A stretch of DNA of 49,190 nt, from NCBI GenBank assembly GCA_011109175.1, contig RDEW01000135.1:1-49190 (forward strand), read 5' to 3'. The DNA is from Dicyema japonicum. Its lineage: Eukaryota; Animalia; Dicyemida. Below the pieces are notes generated by a model. It saw nothing but the letters and a program-made list of their open reading frames with translations, had not been told where the DNA came from and ran no database searches. Position numbers and translations under genes: made by a program. Every line of letters starts with the position of its first letter. Positions within the stretch are counted from its first letter, which is position 1. Shown here one piece after another: positions 24,985 to 36,959 of the stretch.

Positions 24985-26021
24985 TTAACGAATCATTAGT
25001 TTGTTAATTATTTGGGGGAACATCCAAGGAAATGTGAAGGGACAAAACGTTGTGATAGGCATTATGAAGGGTCGCACCGTTGTACCTAGTGTTTGTCCCG
25101 GAAACATGTTTAATATTGATGATATGTCATCTATAATCAGATAATATAGGAACTTGTCTCACATATTACATCATTCATAATGTAATGTGTGATGCTTCGC
25201 TAAAATCTCTCATTTCATTAGAGCAATAATCAATAATTTTAGTATCATTTGAGTTACCACGTCTGTCTATGACAAATGAATCACCCTTCATTAAATCTGA
25301 ACAATTATTATAAAGTTACTATAGATTAATTCTTGCTCCTGATCATCGTTAATTTCAACTACAGAAGCAGAATATTGTCCACATACTGCATTAATATGTC
25401 TTAATTCAGTAAATGAATGATTGACGATATATCCTCTCCCATTATGTATATAATAAGTAACATGGTTTCCCTGTGCAAAAATCGATATATCTGTCCTCTG
25501 AGGAGTAAGAGAAATTCCTTGAGGCACATAATGATTAAAATCAAGAATATTGTTATCTAAATAATATGTATTAATACCTTTTTCGCATACAAATACTAAT
25601 TCTTCGAATAATTGTCGAAAAGTCATGGCTCCTTGACAATATTTAACACCAATGCGAGAAGCAAAATTCATGTCGTACAGTCCACTAAAGTTCAAATACG
25701 GCTAAAATTCTTGATTAACAAAAACCATGTCTCTATTATCGTTTAAAGAAAATCTTCCGTAATGGTATTTTCCTTGAATCCAAAAGTCATCACGAATATA
25801 ATCTATCAAATACCAGAATCACTCACGACTCAATGCTAAAAGTTCATCAAAATCGTTTATGATAACTGGATAATGACCGTTAGTACAAGCTGTAAATATA
25901 TTTCTATTACCATAAATATGATATCCATGATTTCTATAATTAAAAGTTCTGTAACATGCTTAAATTCATAAAGTAATATACTTGTTAAAGGGGATAGCAG
26001 CAAAGTGATAAAAATATTCAT
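24985..26021 (-). CDS. Putative secreted protein with two divergent C-type-lectin-like domains (paralog 1)
   Basis: Hydrophobic N-terminus MNIFITLLLSPLT and six GT-AG introns of 21-24 nt. Motifs C..FNYRNHGY..C..VIINDFDE..FWIQG..GRF..FVCEK, then YIHNGRGY..C..VVEINDDQEQELI..VICET, then a Thr/Pro-rich tail. One apparent frameshift near 25170-25220. The domain call is from motif pattern only. Confidence 0.7.
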
Positions 26022-26413
26022 CTGTCGTCTATTATAAGATTTTTGTCTATATATATAAAAATAATTTCCTAGAAATCTCAAATATTTTCTGTGAAAAAAT
26101 CGATAATCGAATCTTAATATCTGATTTACTTGTTCTTGTTGAAAAATGGTCTAAAATTATATTATCCCTCACTAATTTATTAGGATATTCTTCTATTTAG
26201 TGAGAATTGAACAGTAAATAAAAATCCAAGGAATTTCAAGAATTTATGGTTTTCATTCACACATTCACAAAATAAGATTTGTTCTATGTCGGATAATATA
26301 TACTTGCTATTTGGTAATCATAATGTCAGTTTTATCCTTAAAATAGTTAAAATCCTAAATTCTCTTATTCTCTTATGGATCAAAAGTTAATTTCAATTAT
26401 AAAATGTCACATG

Positions 26414-26882
26414 AAGCCTGTTTTTCACGTGTTTCATTTATGTTCCTTTAAGTCTATGGGAAGCCTGTTTTTCACGTGTTTCATTTATGTTCCTTTAAGT
26501 CTATGGGAAGCCTGTTTTTCACGTGTTTCATTTATGTTCCTTTAAGTCTATGGGAAGCCTGTTTTTCACGTGTTTCATTTATGTTCCTTTAAGTCTATGG
26601 GAAGCTGGAAGCCTGTTTTTCACGTGTTTCATTTATGTTCCTTTAAGTCTATGGGAAGCCTGTTTTTCACGTGTTTCATTTATGTTCCTTTAAGTCTATG
26701 GGAAGCTGGGAAGCCTGTTTTTCACGTGTTTCATTTATGTTCCTTTAAGTCTATGGGAAGCTGTTTTTCACGTGTTTCATTTATGTTCCTTTAAGTCTAT
26801 GGGAAGCTGGGAAGCCTGTTTTTCACGTGTTTCATTTATGTTCCTTTAAGTCTACGGAAAGCCTGTTTTTCACGTGTTTCAT
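26414..26882. repeat. 47-bp minisatellite, 9 full copies plus 1 partial
   Basis: Unit AAGCCTGTTTTTCACGTGTTTCATTTATGTTCCTTTAAGTCTATGGG starts at 26414, 26461, 26508, 26555, 26609, 26656, 26711, 26758, 26812 and 26859. AAGCTGG(G) inserts occur at three junctions. Confidence 0.97.
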
Positions 26883-26883
26883 G

Positions 26884-26965
26884 TTATTATTTATTTCAAA
26901 ACCCCAAGACCACCAAAAAAAGAAAGAATTAACTTGCTAAATTAAGTGATCCGATGAACCCAAAT
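26884..26965 (-). mobile_element. Short LINE 3'-UTR fragment abutting the minisatellite
   Basis: Minus strand GGATCACTTAATTTAG..TTGGTGGTCTTGGGG..AATAAATAATAA resembles the 3' ends at 24490-24556 and 36090-36119. Confidence 0.55.
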
Positions 26966-27106
26966 ATTGAAAAATTTGTGTCTAATTTTTTCAAAATTAT
27001 TGTTCACATTAATTATCAAATTTTTTATTTCCAACTCGTTCCCATATAGGTTTTTCCGGTGGGCGATATTTTTTAAAAGTTTGTTAAAGGAGGCGATGAT
27101 CTGAAT

Positions 27107-27123
27107 AAGTTTGGGAACCCTTG
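27107..27123 (+). mobile_element. Orphan hAT right TIR
   Basis: AAGTTTGGGAACCCTTG (reverse complement CAAGGGTTCCCAAACTT), followed by ATCTACAT. Confidence 0.4.
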
Positions 27124-27394
27124 ATCTACATAAACAATATATTGAGTATTTAAATCTTTTTTTCTTTCTTCTGTTTCATTCAGAATAAACCACTTTTTCC
27201 AGTAGATTTATTAACCTTTTTTGCATTTTTTAGTAAGACGTGTTATAATGTAGGATATTTAGTAGACAGATTAGTTACTGTTTACTAAACCGAGTGTTTT
27301 CTTTTCTTCTGGTTGGTCTCTTCTAGATGCATATCACTTTCCATGATTTTGTTCTCTTTTTATATCTTTCATTTCATCTAAAATTTTGGTTGAT

Positions 27395-27785
27395 GTGGTG
27401 ACGTGCCTTTCTTGCACAAGATGTCTTCTTCATGCACTCAATCCTCCCTGTTCTCTATTGGAGCATTCAATGTAAGAGGACTAACATCACACGTAAAAGG
27501 ACAACACTTATGTGCGGACCTCTAATGATACGGAATATCTGTATGCTGTCTCCAGGAAACTAAAGTCCCCAATGGTCAGGATGAAACAATGAACGGGTAT
27601 CGAGTGTTCCTGTTGCCATCAGACTGCCGACATTATGGAATGGAATTCGTAATACGCATGGACGCAGCTGTGGCGGCTCATAGAGCATGTAATATCAACG
27701 ACAGGATTGCCATCCTTCAACTACGCCTCGGAAACAACCGTAATACTATCGATTATCAATGTATATGCACGACCTTTTTGGTGAG
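27395..27785 (+). mobile_element. RTE-like APE N-terminal fragment, 3'-truncated
   Basis: IGAFNVRGL, CCLQETK, NGYRVFLLPSDCRHYGM and INDRIAILQ. Stops abruptly before a second APE N-terminus. Confidence 0.75.
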
Positions 27786-30250
27786 GTGGTGACGTGCCTC
27801 GATTCTTCTTAGTACAACGGTTAAGAAAAATGTTTTTAAAAACAATCATTATACAATCGAGAACTCAGGCTAATGACGTTTAACTTACGTGGAATATCGA
27901 AAGATTGGACAAGGAAAGTACTTTGTGACGATCTCGAGAGTACAAAATATCTATTGGCTGCCTAAAAGAGACGAAAATCGAAAATGGACGCGATGAGACA
28001 TGGAACAATTACTGACTGATTCTCATCCCAACTGAATGCAAGCATTACGGCAAGGATTTGCTCTACACGTGGATTACCTCAAAAAAATTACATAGCTATT
28101 GGAGAGTCAACGACCGAATATGTGTCCTACAAGTCAAACTAAATGAACTATGCCCGTCCAAGAATCTATTAACTGTCGTAAATGTCTATGCACCACACTG
28201 TGGACGAGTAATCAAGAACCCCAGTGAGCTCGAGGAATTCTACTAAGAACTATCAAGCACATACTCTAATAATGCTTCCTCGTCTCTTGTCTTTGTTGCG
28301 GAAGATATGAATACAATGGCCGGAATGCAAACGGGGTCCGAAGAATCCTCTATTGGAAGACACGGGCGCGGTAGGAGAAATGCATCTGAAGCCTCTCTGG
28401 TGAACTTCTGCGAGGAAATAGCCTTTTCCTGTGCAACACGGCTTTCACGCACTCAGCTTGCCACAAGACGACGTGGCATGGACAAAGAAAAAACTCTGTC
28501 GGGGAGACCGTGAATATATACAATCAAATCGACTACATTATCTGCCGAAAGTCTGATAAACACGTGCTAAATAATGCACGTTCCTACCAGGGACAACAAC
28601 TGAGCGACCACAAGATCGTCATTGCAAAACTTTATGTAAAAAAGCACCTGACTGGAAAAAAAGTACATTGAAAACGCGAAGAAGGGAAGACAAAGGCCCA
28701 ATATATACTTTCAGACAGAAAATTGTGGTTATAGCCCCAGAGCTAAATGTCACGAACAAATCGAGACTCTTATGGAGAAAACCGCACCGGAATCATCAGT
28801 ACGAACTCTGTGGGATCAAACAAAGCGGGTAATCTCCAAGTCGGCCAATATATGCCTTGGAGTCCGAAATCATCACGCCCTAAAATTGGATCACCACCAG
28901 AACGTGCCAGATATGGCAAAGCATTGCTGAGAGCTACGGCTAAAAGCGACAAACACGTCAGACGAGAGTAAAAACAAAAGCTTAATATCCAACAAAGGGA
29001 ACTAAAATGGAAAATCAAACAGATGAACAGTAAACACTCACGGGAAATTATTACATCCCTATTAAAAGATGTGGAATGCCTAAAGGACAATTCAAGGATG
29101 TATGCGGCTTTGCGGCTGCTGCGGACAAAGAAAGGACAAAACACCCTTCACGTCAAAGACAATGATGGAAAATTCGTGGGTAACCCGGAAGAAAAAGCAG
29201 AATTGATTGCACGACACTTCGAAACACTGTTGAATTAAGAAATTAAGGACTTTCTTCTTTTCCAAGGAGAAGCAATGGCGCTAAAAATCCCAATTACAGT
29301 GGAAGAGGTGGAATTAACGATAAATAAACTGAAGAACAACAAGAGTGCTGGGGAGCAACTTCCCGCAGTTTCAAAACAACGATTGGGATACCTCAGGGTG
29401 ATTCCCTCTCCCCTTTACTATTCACCATATACCTTGAATCTGCACTCCGCGACCTCCGTAAATCCTATATAGGAGACATAGAAGAGACATCTTATGCGGG
29501 TGTTGTGGATTTCGTATCACGGGACGAGACCGCACTCCAACACCTACTAGAAAATGCACCTGCGGAGCTTGAGAAATGGTTTCTCAGCGTAAATGTAAAC
29601 AAAACTGAAATTACGGAAATCAAAAGAGAAGACGATATTACTCATGAAAGATGGAGACGTATTAATAAGCTCGGCTCTCTACTAGGAGTCGCTGAAGATG
29701 TACTGAGGAAAGGAACACTGGCAAATGCGGCAATTGCTAAACTGAAGAAAGGATGGCTATGAGCCAAAGGACTTGGAATTGAGATCAGATGCAGGCTTTA
29801 CTACGCGGTTGTGAAACCGATCCTACTGTACAACGCTGGGACATGGGGAAGTTCTTTCACTTAACTATTGAAACTGGATTCGTTCCATAGAAGGCAACTA
29901 AGAAGCTTACTCGGAATGGAATGGCCACGTAGAATATCAACGACTGGTATCTACAAGTGTATGTGTTCTTACATCACCATGGATGTGATAGATTCCCGGT
30001 GGAGGCTATTTGGGCATGTACTAAGAATGAACCCGGACGCACCCGCTAACAAAGATATAGAAGATTACTTTGACAGTTGCGACAAACCCTTCCGCGGACG
30101 ACCTAGATTGACACTTCCGACTGTCTTAAACAAAGACCTAAATCGTGTGAGAAAAAATCTAAAGACGGGGGACGACCTGGACGAATTGAAATTACTTGCA
30201 TTCGACAGAGGAAGATGGAAAAGACTAACTATAAATATTGGTTTTTTTTC
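27786..30250 (+). mobile_element. RTE-like LINE (APE plus RT), heavily frameshifted, part of RT deleted
   Basis: TFNLRG, CLKETK, NVYAPH, GRHGRGRRN, NQIDYI, LLYNAGTW, SRWRLFGHVLR and FRGRPRLTL. Confidence 0.85.
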
Positions 30251-30254
30251 CGTA

Positions 30255-32460
30255 TTGAACATGTACAGTAGCATGATGACCTCAAGTGATCACAGACTAC
30301 TAGTGGCACGTCTCACTCTAAAGCGACGCTTTGGAATCTCGAGCACTGGTAGCTCGTACGCGGAGCAGGACCTCGGCCGTGAAGGCTTTATGTGCTTCAA
30401 ACAATACTCGTAAAAAGTACGTCTAAAATATCGAACCTTTTGGAAAATGTCGACACTAATATGTCACCCGGGCTGCTATGGGGGAATATTTTTATCAGAG
30501 TCAGGCAAGCTGCTGGGATGGTATTAGGGAATCGCCCAAGGAGGTTCAAGGGAACTTTTGACAAAGAAATAGAAGAACTGTCAAAAAACCAAAGGAAACT
30601 CAGACTCTTAATCGAGTCGTCAAACTTGACTAGCCAAACTGATTCTCTTAGAAGAGAACGCAACAGAATCAAATACAAAATAAAGAGAAGAGTGAGGGAA
30701 CTATCCCGGGATACACTGGATAACTCAGCAAAAGACTCCGAACATTACAAACATGGTGGAGAATGTTTGCTGCGCTTAAATAATTATCTCGCAATACCAG
30801 ACCGGAAAGAATCACAGTTCTTGATGATACAGGAAAAGTAATAATTAACGGCCAGGAATCAGCAAATAAAATTGCTGCTTTCTACAAAAAACGACTAAAT
30901 CTCAATGAACACTTGGAACCGTTCGAAGGAATCCCAGAGACTTGAATCAAAGCATCACGCATTACGAAGTCGTTTCAGCTTTGGGTAAGGTCAAGAATGG
31001 CAGAGCCCCTGGACCGGAATGCGTGAATGCAGAATTATTGAAATACACGCCAGACAGGATGGCTGAATTAATGTGCAATGTCTTGAACAGGACGTTCAAA
31101 TGTCACAGTCCATTTGATGCGGGGAATGGCACCTTGATCCAAAGTCAGAAACCTCGAAAGGAAAGAGGAAATATAAACAGCCTACGCCCGATTACACTAA
31201 TCGATACGATAAGAAAAATACTCTCCCTTATTGTGCTGGATCGTATTTCAGACCCTGTAAATGAGTTCCTGAACCCAAGTCAAAGTGGATTCAGACCTGG
31301 AATGTCGACTGCAGACGTTGTATGGAGCCACATGTGGATGTGTGCAATGTGCCAGAAACACAGAAGAAATCTCAATTTCTGGAATTGATTTATCCCTTGC
31401 TTTCGACACTATCAACCGCAAAAAGCTAATGCTTGTATTGGAAAGCATCTAGACGAGGATGCATCACGTATGATCAGATTTTTACTCTCCAACACATCGC
31501 TATCCGTGCGTGTGGGAAATTACAACTCAATGAAATTTAAAACCGACACTGACGCACCACAGGGAGACCCGTTATCTCCGGTCCTATTCATAATATACCT
31601 GGAGGCAGCTCTAAGACCTCTTCGGAAAAAAAATGCTTTACCAAAGTGATAGAAGTAATTTACGCCGACGATATTGACTTTGTCTGCCGGGATAGAGATA
31701 AGCTGGAAACTATACTAAAAATGATCCCTCAAGGCTTGGAGGACTGTCCCTGGTAGTAAACCCAGACAAAACGGAAAGAACTAGCATATCCCGTTGCACG
31801 ACGAGAAACGAGGAAAATTTAGAACATGCAAGAAAGTTGGATCTCTCCACGGCGACTCGGAGGACGTTATTCACAGGAATGCTCTGGCGGTTGCTTCTTT
31901 CAAAAAATTGTGGGCGATCTGGATGCGGCGAATGTACATAGGCACTCGACTTCGAATTCGGTTGTACAACTCCTTTATCGAACCAATTCTACTTTATAAC
32001 ACGAAGACCTGGGGCCTAACCACAAAAGAACTGGAAAACCTCAACTCTTTCCGCAAAAAACAACTGCAACTTCTTCTGGAAGTCTATTGGGCAAAACGGA
32101 TAACCAACGACGAGCTATATAGAATTACTCAAACAACAAAGATTTGGGAATAAAGTTACTTCTGCGAAATGGCAGCTTTTTGGACATCTAAGAGTTTCGG
32201 AAATAGCACCGGCTAATCAGGCCATGGAATCCTACTTTTTTGTATTAAACAAAACAACGTATCGAGGTCGACAAATAACAACGTTTCCGTCGATGCTCGA
32301 CAAATAACTCACTTGTATAAAAAGAAAACTGAAAACAGAAGAGGATCTGATGATTTGAGGGCGGATGCGAGAAACAGGGAGGATGGAAAAGATTCACAGG
32401 GAGTATCCAGAGATGCATGGCAAAGTGGAATCTCAAATTAGTTAACTTTTCTTGCTCCGC
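30255..32460 (+). mobile_element. 5'-truncated RTE-like LINE directly following the previous one
   Basis: Starts at the APE C-terminal SSDHRLL. Continues with SLRPITL, QSGFRPGMST, AFDTINR, APQGDPLSP, YADDIDF and LLYNTKTW. Confidence 0.85.
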
Positions 32461-33178
32461 TGACAGTAAGCTAAACGAACACTTACCTATAAGCCAATGT
32501 TATCAAAAATGCAGGAAAATAGACCTAAATTCACTGAAGTTCTCGATTATTATTCTAGAACAGTAGTATCTTACAAAATACTTCATAATCCGAATATCTT
32601 GCTCTTAAACGGCTTCTCGGTTATAAAGTAACATTACGAGTTCTACTCTAGTACGGACATTTTTAACCTGTAAAACTGGACTTGTGATGAGAATATCGAT
32701 TATCAACCACAACAATCAAAAAATACAAAATCCAGAATCATTAAACTAATCAATTCGAATTAATAGTGATAGAGTTTAGACGAAATAATAATGGTTTCGA
32801 CTGCCACTTTTTCAACTATTGTTTTTCTAATATTCCCAACCATTAGACAGGCAGAAAATTATATACTAAAGGACGTATAAGCTACCATCTGTACAATTAC
32901 TGTATATTCAAATGAAAACCTATACAAAGTATTTCCAATTCTCCTTGATAGCCCTTTCTGAACGTATATCACTTGCCCTATTGTTTTGTTCTCCTTTGAT
33001 GTCTTTCATTTCATCAAAAAGACTCTGATGAGATATTTCCATAACCTGTATCTGTTTTGTGTTTCTCCAATGTTTTTTAGCTTCTGTCAATTAGTTTTCT
33101 GACATTTCTTGTAGAACACCACATGTTAGGGCGACACAGTTTATGCATTTTTATAAATTACATCGAAACGATTTTTAA

Positions 33179-36119
33179 ATTAGCGTGGCGTCATGCGGTT
33201 CACCTGTTGTTGAGGTGGCGCTCAGTGCAAGTTCTGCATGGAAGAGAACCGTTCGACTTTCCCTACCTTTCTGCGATCTTCAGAAGGGTGGCCTACCAAC
33301 TCCCCCGTATTCTCTTTACTACTTCTGTCTGGTGATGCAGAACCTAATCCGGGACCCAACTACACACTGACTAATATACGATTAAATGTAAATGGAATCC
33401 GCAATAAAGTGTTGGAATTACGATCCCTCTTATCCCATTTGAAAGTGGATATTGCCCTCATTCAAGAATCGAAGCTTTCTATAAAATCCCCAACACCTTG
33501 TTTTCCTGGATATTTTGTACTTCGCAGGAACCGAACAAGAAGTCTCGGAGGAGGATTATTGACTATCGTTAAGGATGGACTTAAATTTACGGATGTCATC
33601 CCTTCTGTATCTTCTCTCTGCGAAGGGTATTTTATTCTGGAACAGATTTCTATTGAAGTTCCCTTTTCTTCGACGAGATGTTTTACACTGTGTAATGTCT
33701 ATATCCCGCTTCAGGGTCATGTACTACTTCCTACATCCCCAACCTATTGAGATTATGTGGACTAAAGGATCTGCTACTATGCAAAGACCTAAATGCCAAA
33801 CATTCACTCTGGCTCCGGACACAATCAGCCGACAATCGCGGCGAGTACATCCTTTCCTTACTTAACGATCTGCCTATCCTCAATGACCAGGACGCTCACA
33901 TAAGGACCAGTCTCGCAGAAGGGACAGTCCAACATCCCCGGACCTGTCCCTCTGCTCTCCTTCTATGGCTGGATGTACTTCATGGAATGTTCGTTATGGT
34001 TTCTCAATGACCATAACCCCATTGTGTTAAGACTTAGAAGGCCTATTTGTTCACCGTGTTGTTCTACAAAGTTCAAAAATCACTTGAAAGCTGACTGACA
34101 AGGTTTCAGGTCGTAAGTGGACAATAGTCTCCTTGACCTTACTATGGCTAATTGTACAGTAGAGAAGACGGCCAAGATTCTGTCTGCTATCATTTTGAAA
34201 GCTGATAAACTATTTATACCAGTTTCCTCTTACAAGAAGTTCAATCCAAGATTATCATCGCAAATTGTGTCACTCATCAAGAATCGAGAAGCGCTGAAGA
34301 AAAAAAGAACACATACCAATAACTCCTTCTACTCCATACGTTCACTGAATACCAAATTATCTGAGCTTATCCGAACTAACAACAGACTCAAATGGAGCCG
34401 CCTAGTTGGACGACTATGTCACAAAAACTCCTGTGCCACATTTTGGAAAACGCTAAGAAGGATCAATAGTCTTATCAATAAGGAGGACCGCGGAACTGAG
34501 GCCGTCACCCGCAACGCTTCGGAACCCGCACGTAAACTCGCAAACAGGATTATGAAGACTACGTATCGATCAGCCATAAAGATTTTTCTCGTTCTACACT
34601 TGTTGAACAGCGCCGGCCGCAACAAGAAACGTAATTCACCTTCTTCACCCCCAATGATGTTGATAAGGCTATTAAATTGCTACGTCCCACTCTTGCTTGT
34701 GGTCGCGACGGTATTTGCACTATTCACCTAAAACACCTTAAACCACAGGCACGGGCCATACTATCAAGACTGTACAACGACTCTATCAACTACCATATAC
34801 TACCTAATTTATGGAAAAACTCCCTGATTACGCCAATTCTAAAGCCTGGATAACCAAAAGACGTTCCCTCTTCTCACCACCACATCTCAATAACTTGTAT
34901 TATATCAAAAATACTGTTAAAGCTTGTGTTAATGCGCATCTATCCTGTTCTACATCTACCAGAGTTTCAACATGGTTTCAGGGCAGACCGTTCTATAACG
35001 ACTCATTTGGGTTCTATCTCCCAGTTTTTTACAGAAGGTTTCAACATGAGAACACACTTACGAACGGCCTTAGTATCTATCGATATACAGAAGGCCTTTG
35101 ATTCTGTTTCGAGGAAACTCCTAACGCGAAAGATTTTTAATTCCAACTTACATCCAAACATCAAGCTATGGCTGGAAAATTTATTAACTGGGCGAAGCGG
35201 AAGGGTCAGGATTGACAAAACCACCTCAAAATCAAGACTACTCCCCAATGGGGTCTCGCAAGGCTCCCCTTTGTCTCCTCTTTTCTTTAACTTATTTCTA
35301 AACGATTTACCTACTACCAATGATCAGGACACCATGTTATTATCTTATGCAGACGACTTGATTATCGCTGCAAGGGACAAATCTCCCTCCAGGACTGTGG
35401 CGGTGGTTCAGTCACACCTCAACCATATGTTTGAATGGCTGTCTGTGTATGCATCCAAGTCTCAGTTCACGCTATCTACTACGGACAGAAGATTTAAAGG
35501 TGCATTTGAGATATTCCTCGGAAACATTTCCATCCTTTATACACGAATCCAGAAGATCCTTGGAGTAACTTTCGACTCTTTGATGACGTTTGCCAGTCAC
35601 ACGGAGGAGGTGTTAACCAAGGGTCTTCGAAAATGGAACGTCCTAAAAAGCAATCGTAAAGAAGAGGCCCTTCCTTCCTACTATTTGTATCAGCAAAGTA
35701 TATCTCCAAGTTATTGCGCCGACGATTGAATATGCCTGTTCTGCCTGGAGATTTGCCATTCATTCTACGAGGGTGGAGCGTGTGAATTTTCTCAGACGTA
35801 AGATCATGAGGCACATACAATCAGACTCCACATCCGTCCCCAGTCTGCTTTCAGAGGAGGCGACGTTGAAGAATGGCCAGGGTTTCCTACGTTTCTGCAA
35901 GGAACTGGGAAACCCACTCAAGGAGAAAGTGGCCCATGCAGAAGAATTTCGGTCGGTTATAAAAATGTGCACGCCGATTGAATTCTTTTGCAGAAGGAAG
36001 AGAATGCGGTTGGGTCATCAGAAGACCAAATGAAGAGTTCGAATGTTGTTGGAGGCTGGGATCACCAAATTCGTTAGTTTTGACCTATCTTTCTTGGTGG
36101 TCTTGGGTTAAATAAATAA
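33179..36119 (+). mobile_element. Apparently full-length Vingi/Ingi-like LINE (~2.9 kb) with 13-bp TSD
   Basis: TSD AAACGATTTTTAA at 33166-33178 and 36120-36132. 2A-like LLLLSGDAEPNPGP, APE (LNVNGI, IQESKL, NVYIP, DLNAKH) and RT (QHGFR, DIQKAFDSV, QGSPLSP, YADD). No RNase H recognised. Frameshifted. Confidence 0.9.
33187..33252 (+). ncRNA. Candidate HDV-like ribozyme at the 5' end of the Vingi-like element
   Basis: P1 GGCGTCA/TGGCGCT (7 bp, first pair G-U), P2 GCGGTTC/GAACCGT, P3 CCT/AGG and P4 GTGCA/TGCAT, in nested double-pseudoknot order. L3 is non-canonical and J4/2 lacks the catalytic C. Confidence 0.55.
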
Positions 36120-36959
36120 AAACGATTTTTAACTTCCTTCTTACATGAAGTATTAACATCACGTTTTCTGACTACTCACAAGAGATAGTGTTCCGTCAAA
36201 TCTCTATTTCAACAAAGATGTAGATTCTGCTTTTGAGTTGATGACTTCATCAAACAAGTAGCTTTTTTGTTTTTCTCGCAAAGTAATCAATGCTCTTACT
36301 GGTCTGTACGATGGTCTTAATATAATGAAGTAAATCATAACCTTAGAACCAACAGGGCTTGTTCTTAAGAATAATTTCCAATGGCTTTATTATGAAGTCT
36401 CCGACTTTGTGATTCCGCAAAAAAGGCTTCTCCTCCAGCGACTGAACCTCAAACCGTAATATTCGAGGACCTTTATAGTTACAAATTTTCTTGATCAATT
36501 CTAAACATCAATGAACATTCTTTGATATTAAGCTCCACATATTACACTTTAGTGATGTCTTTCTTTGGTGCTATGAAATACTCTGACTCCACATTTGTTT
36601 AAATTCTATCTTTAATGTGAAATTTAAAACATTGACCTTTATGGTTGTCAATCATCACTTCCTTAGTAGCGGAGATTAACTTAAACTTTAACTTACATTT
36701 ATAACTTCTCTGAAAGAAAAGATATTAATGATATCTGGAAGGACCATTGTGTCAAAAGCTGATTATTAATCTGGTTATTAACAAAACTCATCCAACATCA
36801 CTTTGGACTTGCGGATTGAAAATATTATAGGATGATTTTAGAAATGAACTTGAGTTCCTCAAAATTTGTACAATTTAATTCAAGATTTCCTCAAATTATT
36901 ACTATTTATTCAAAAATTAAATTGGAGAAAACAAAATTCGTTTGCAAATCATTAATATA

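Noticed and set aside
25889-25909. 21-nt GT-AG intron candidate in lectin paralog 1 exon 2
   Set aside because: In frame, and the paralog lacks the GT and reads through, so it is probably coding.
26414-26882. CRISPR array or tandem hammerhead ribozyme (retrozyme)
   Set aside because: No unique spacers, no cas genes and a eukaryotic context. Neither strand has the CUGANGA hammerhead core.
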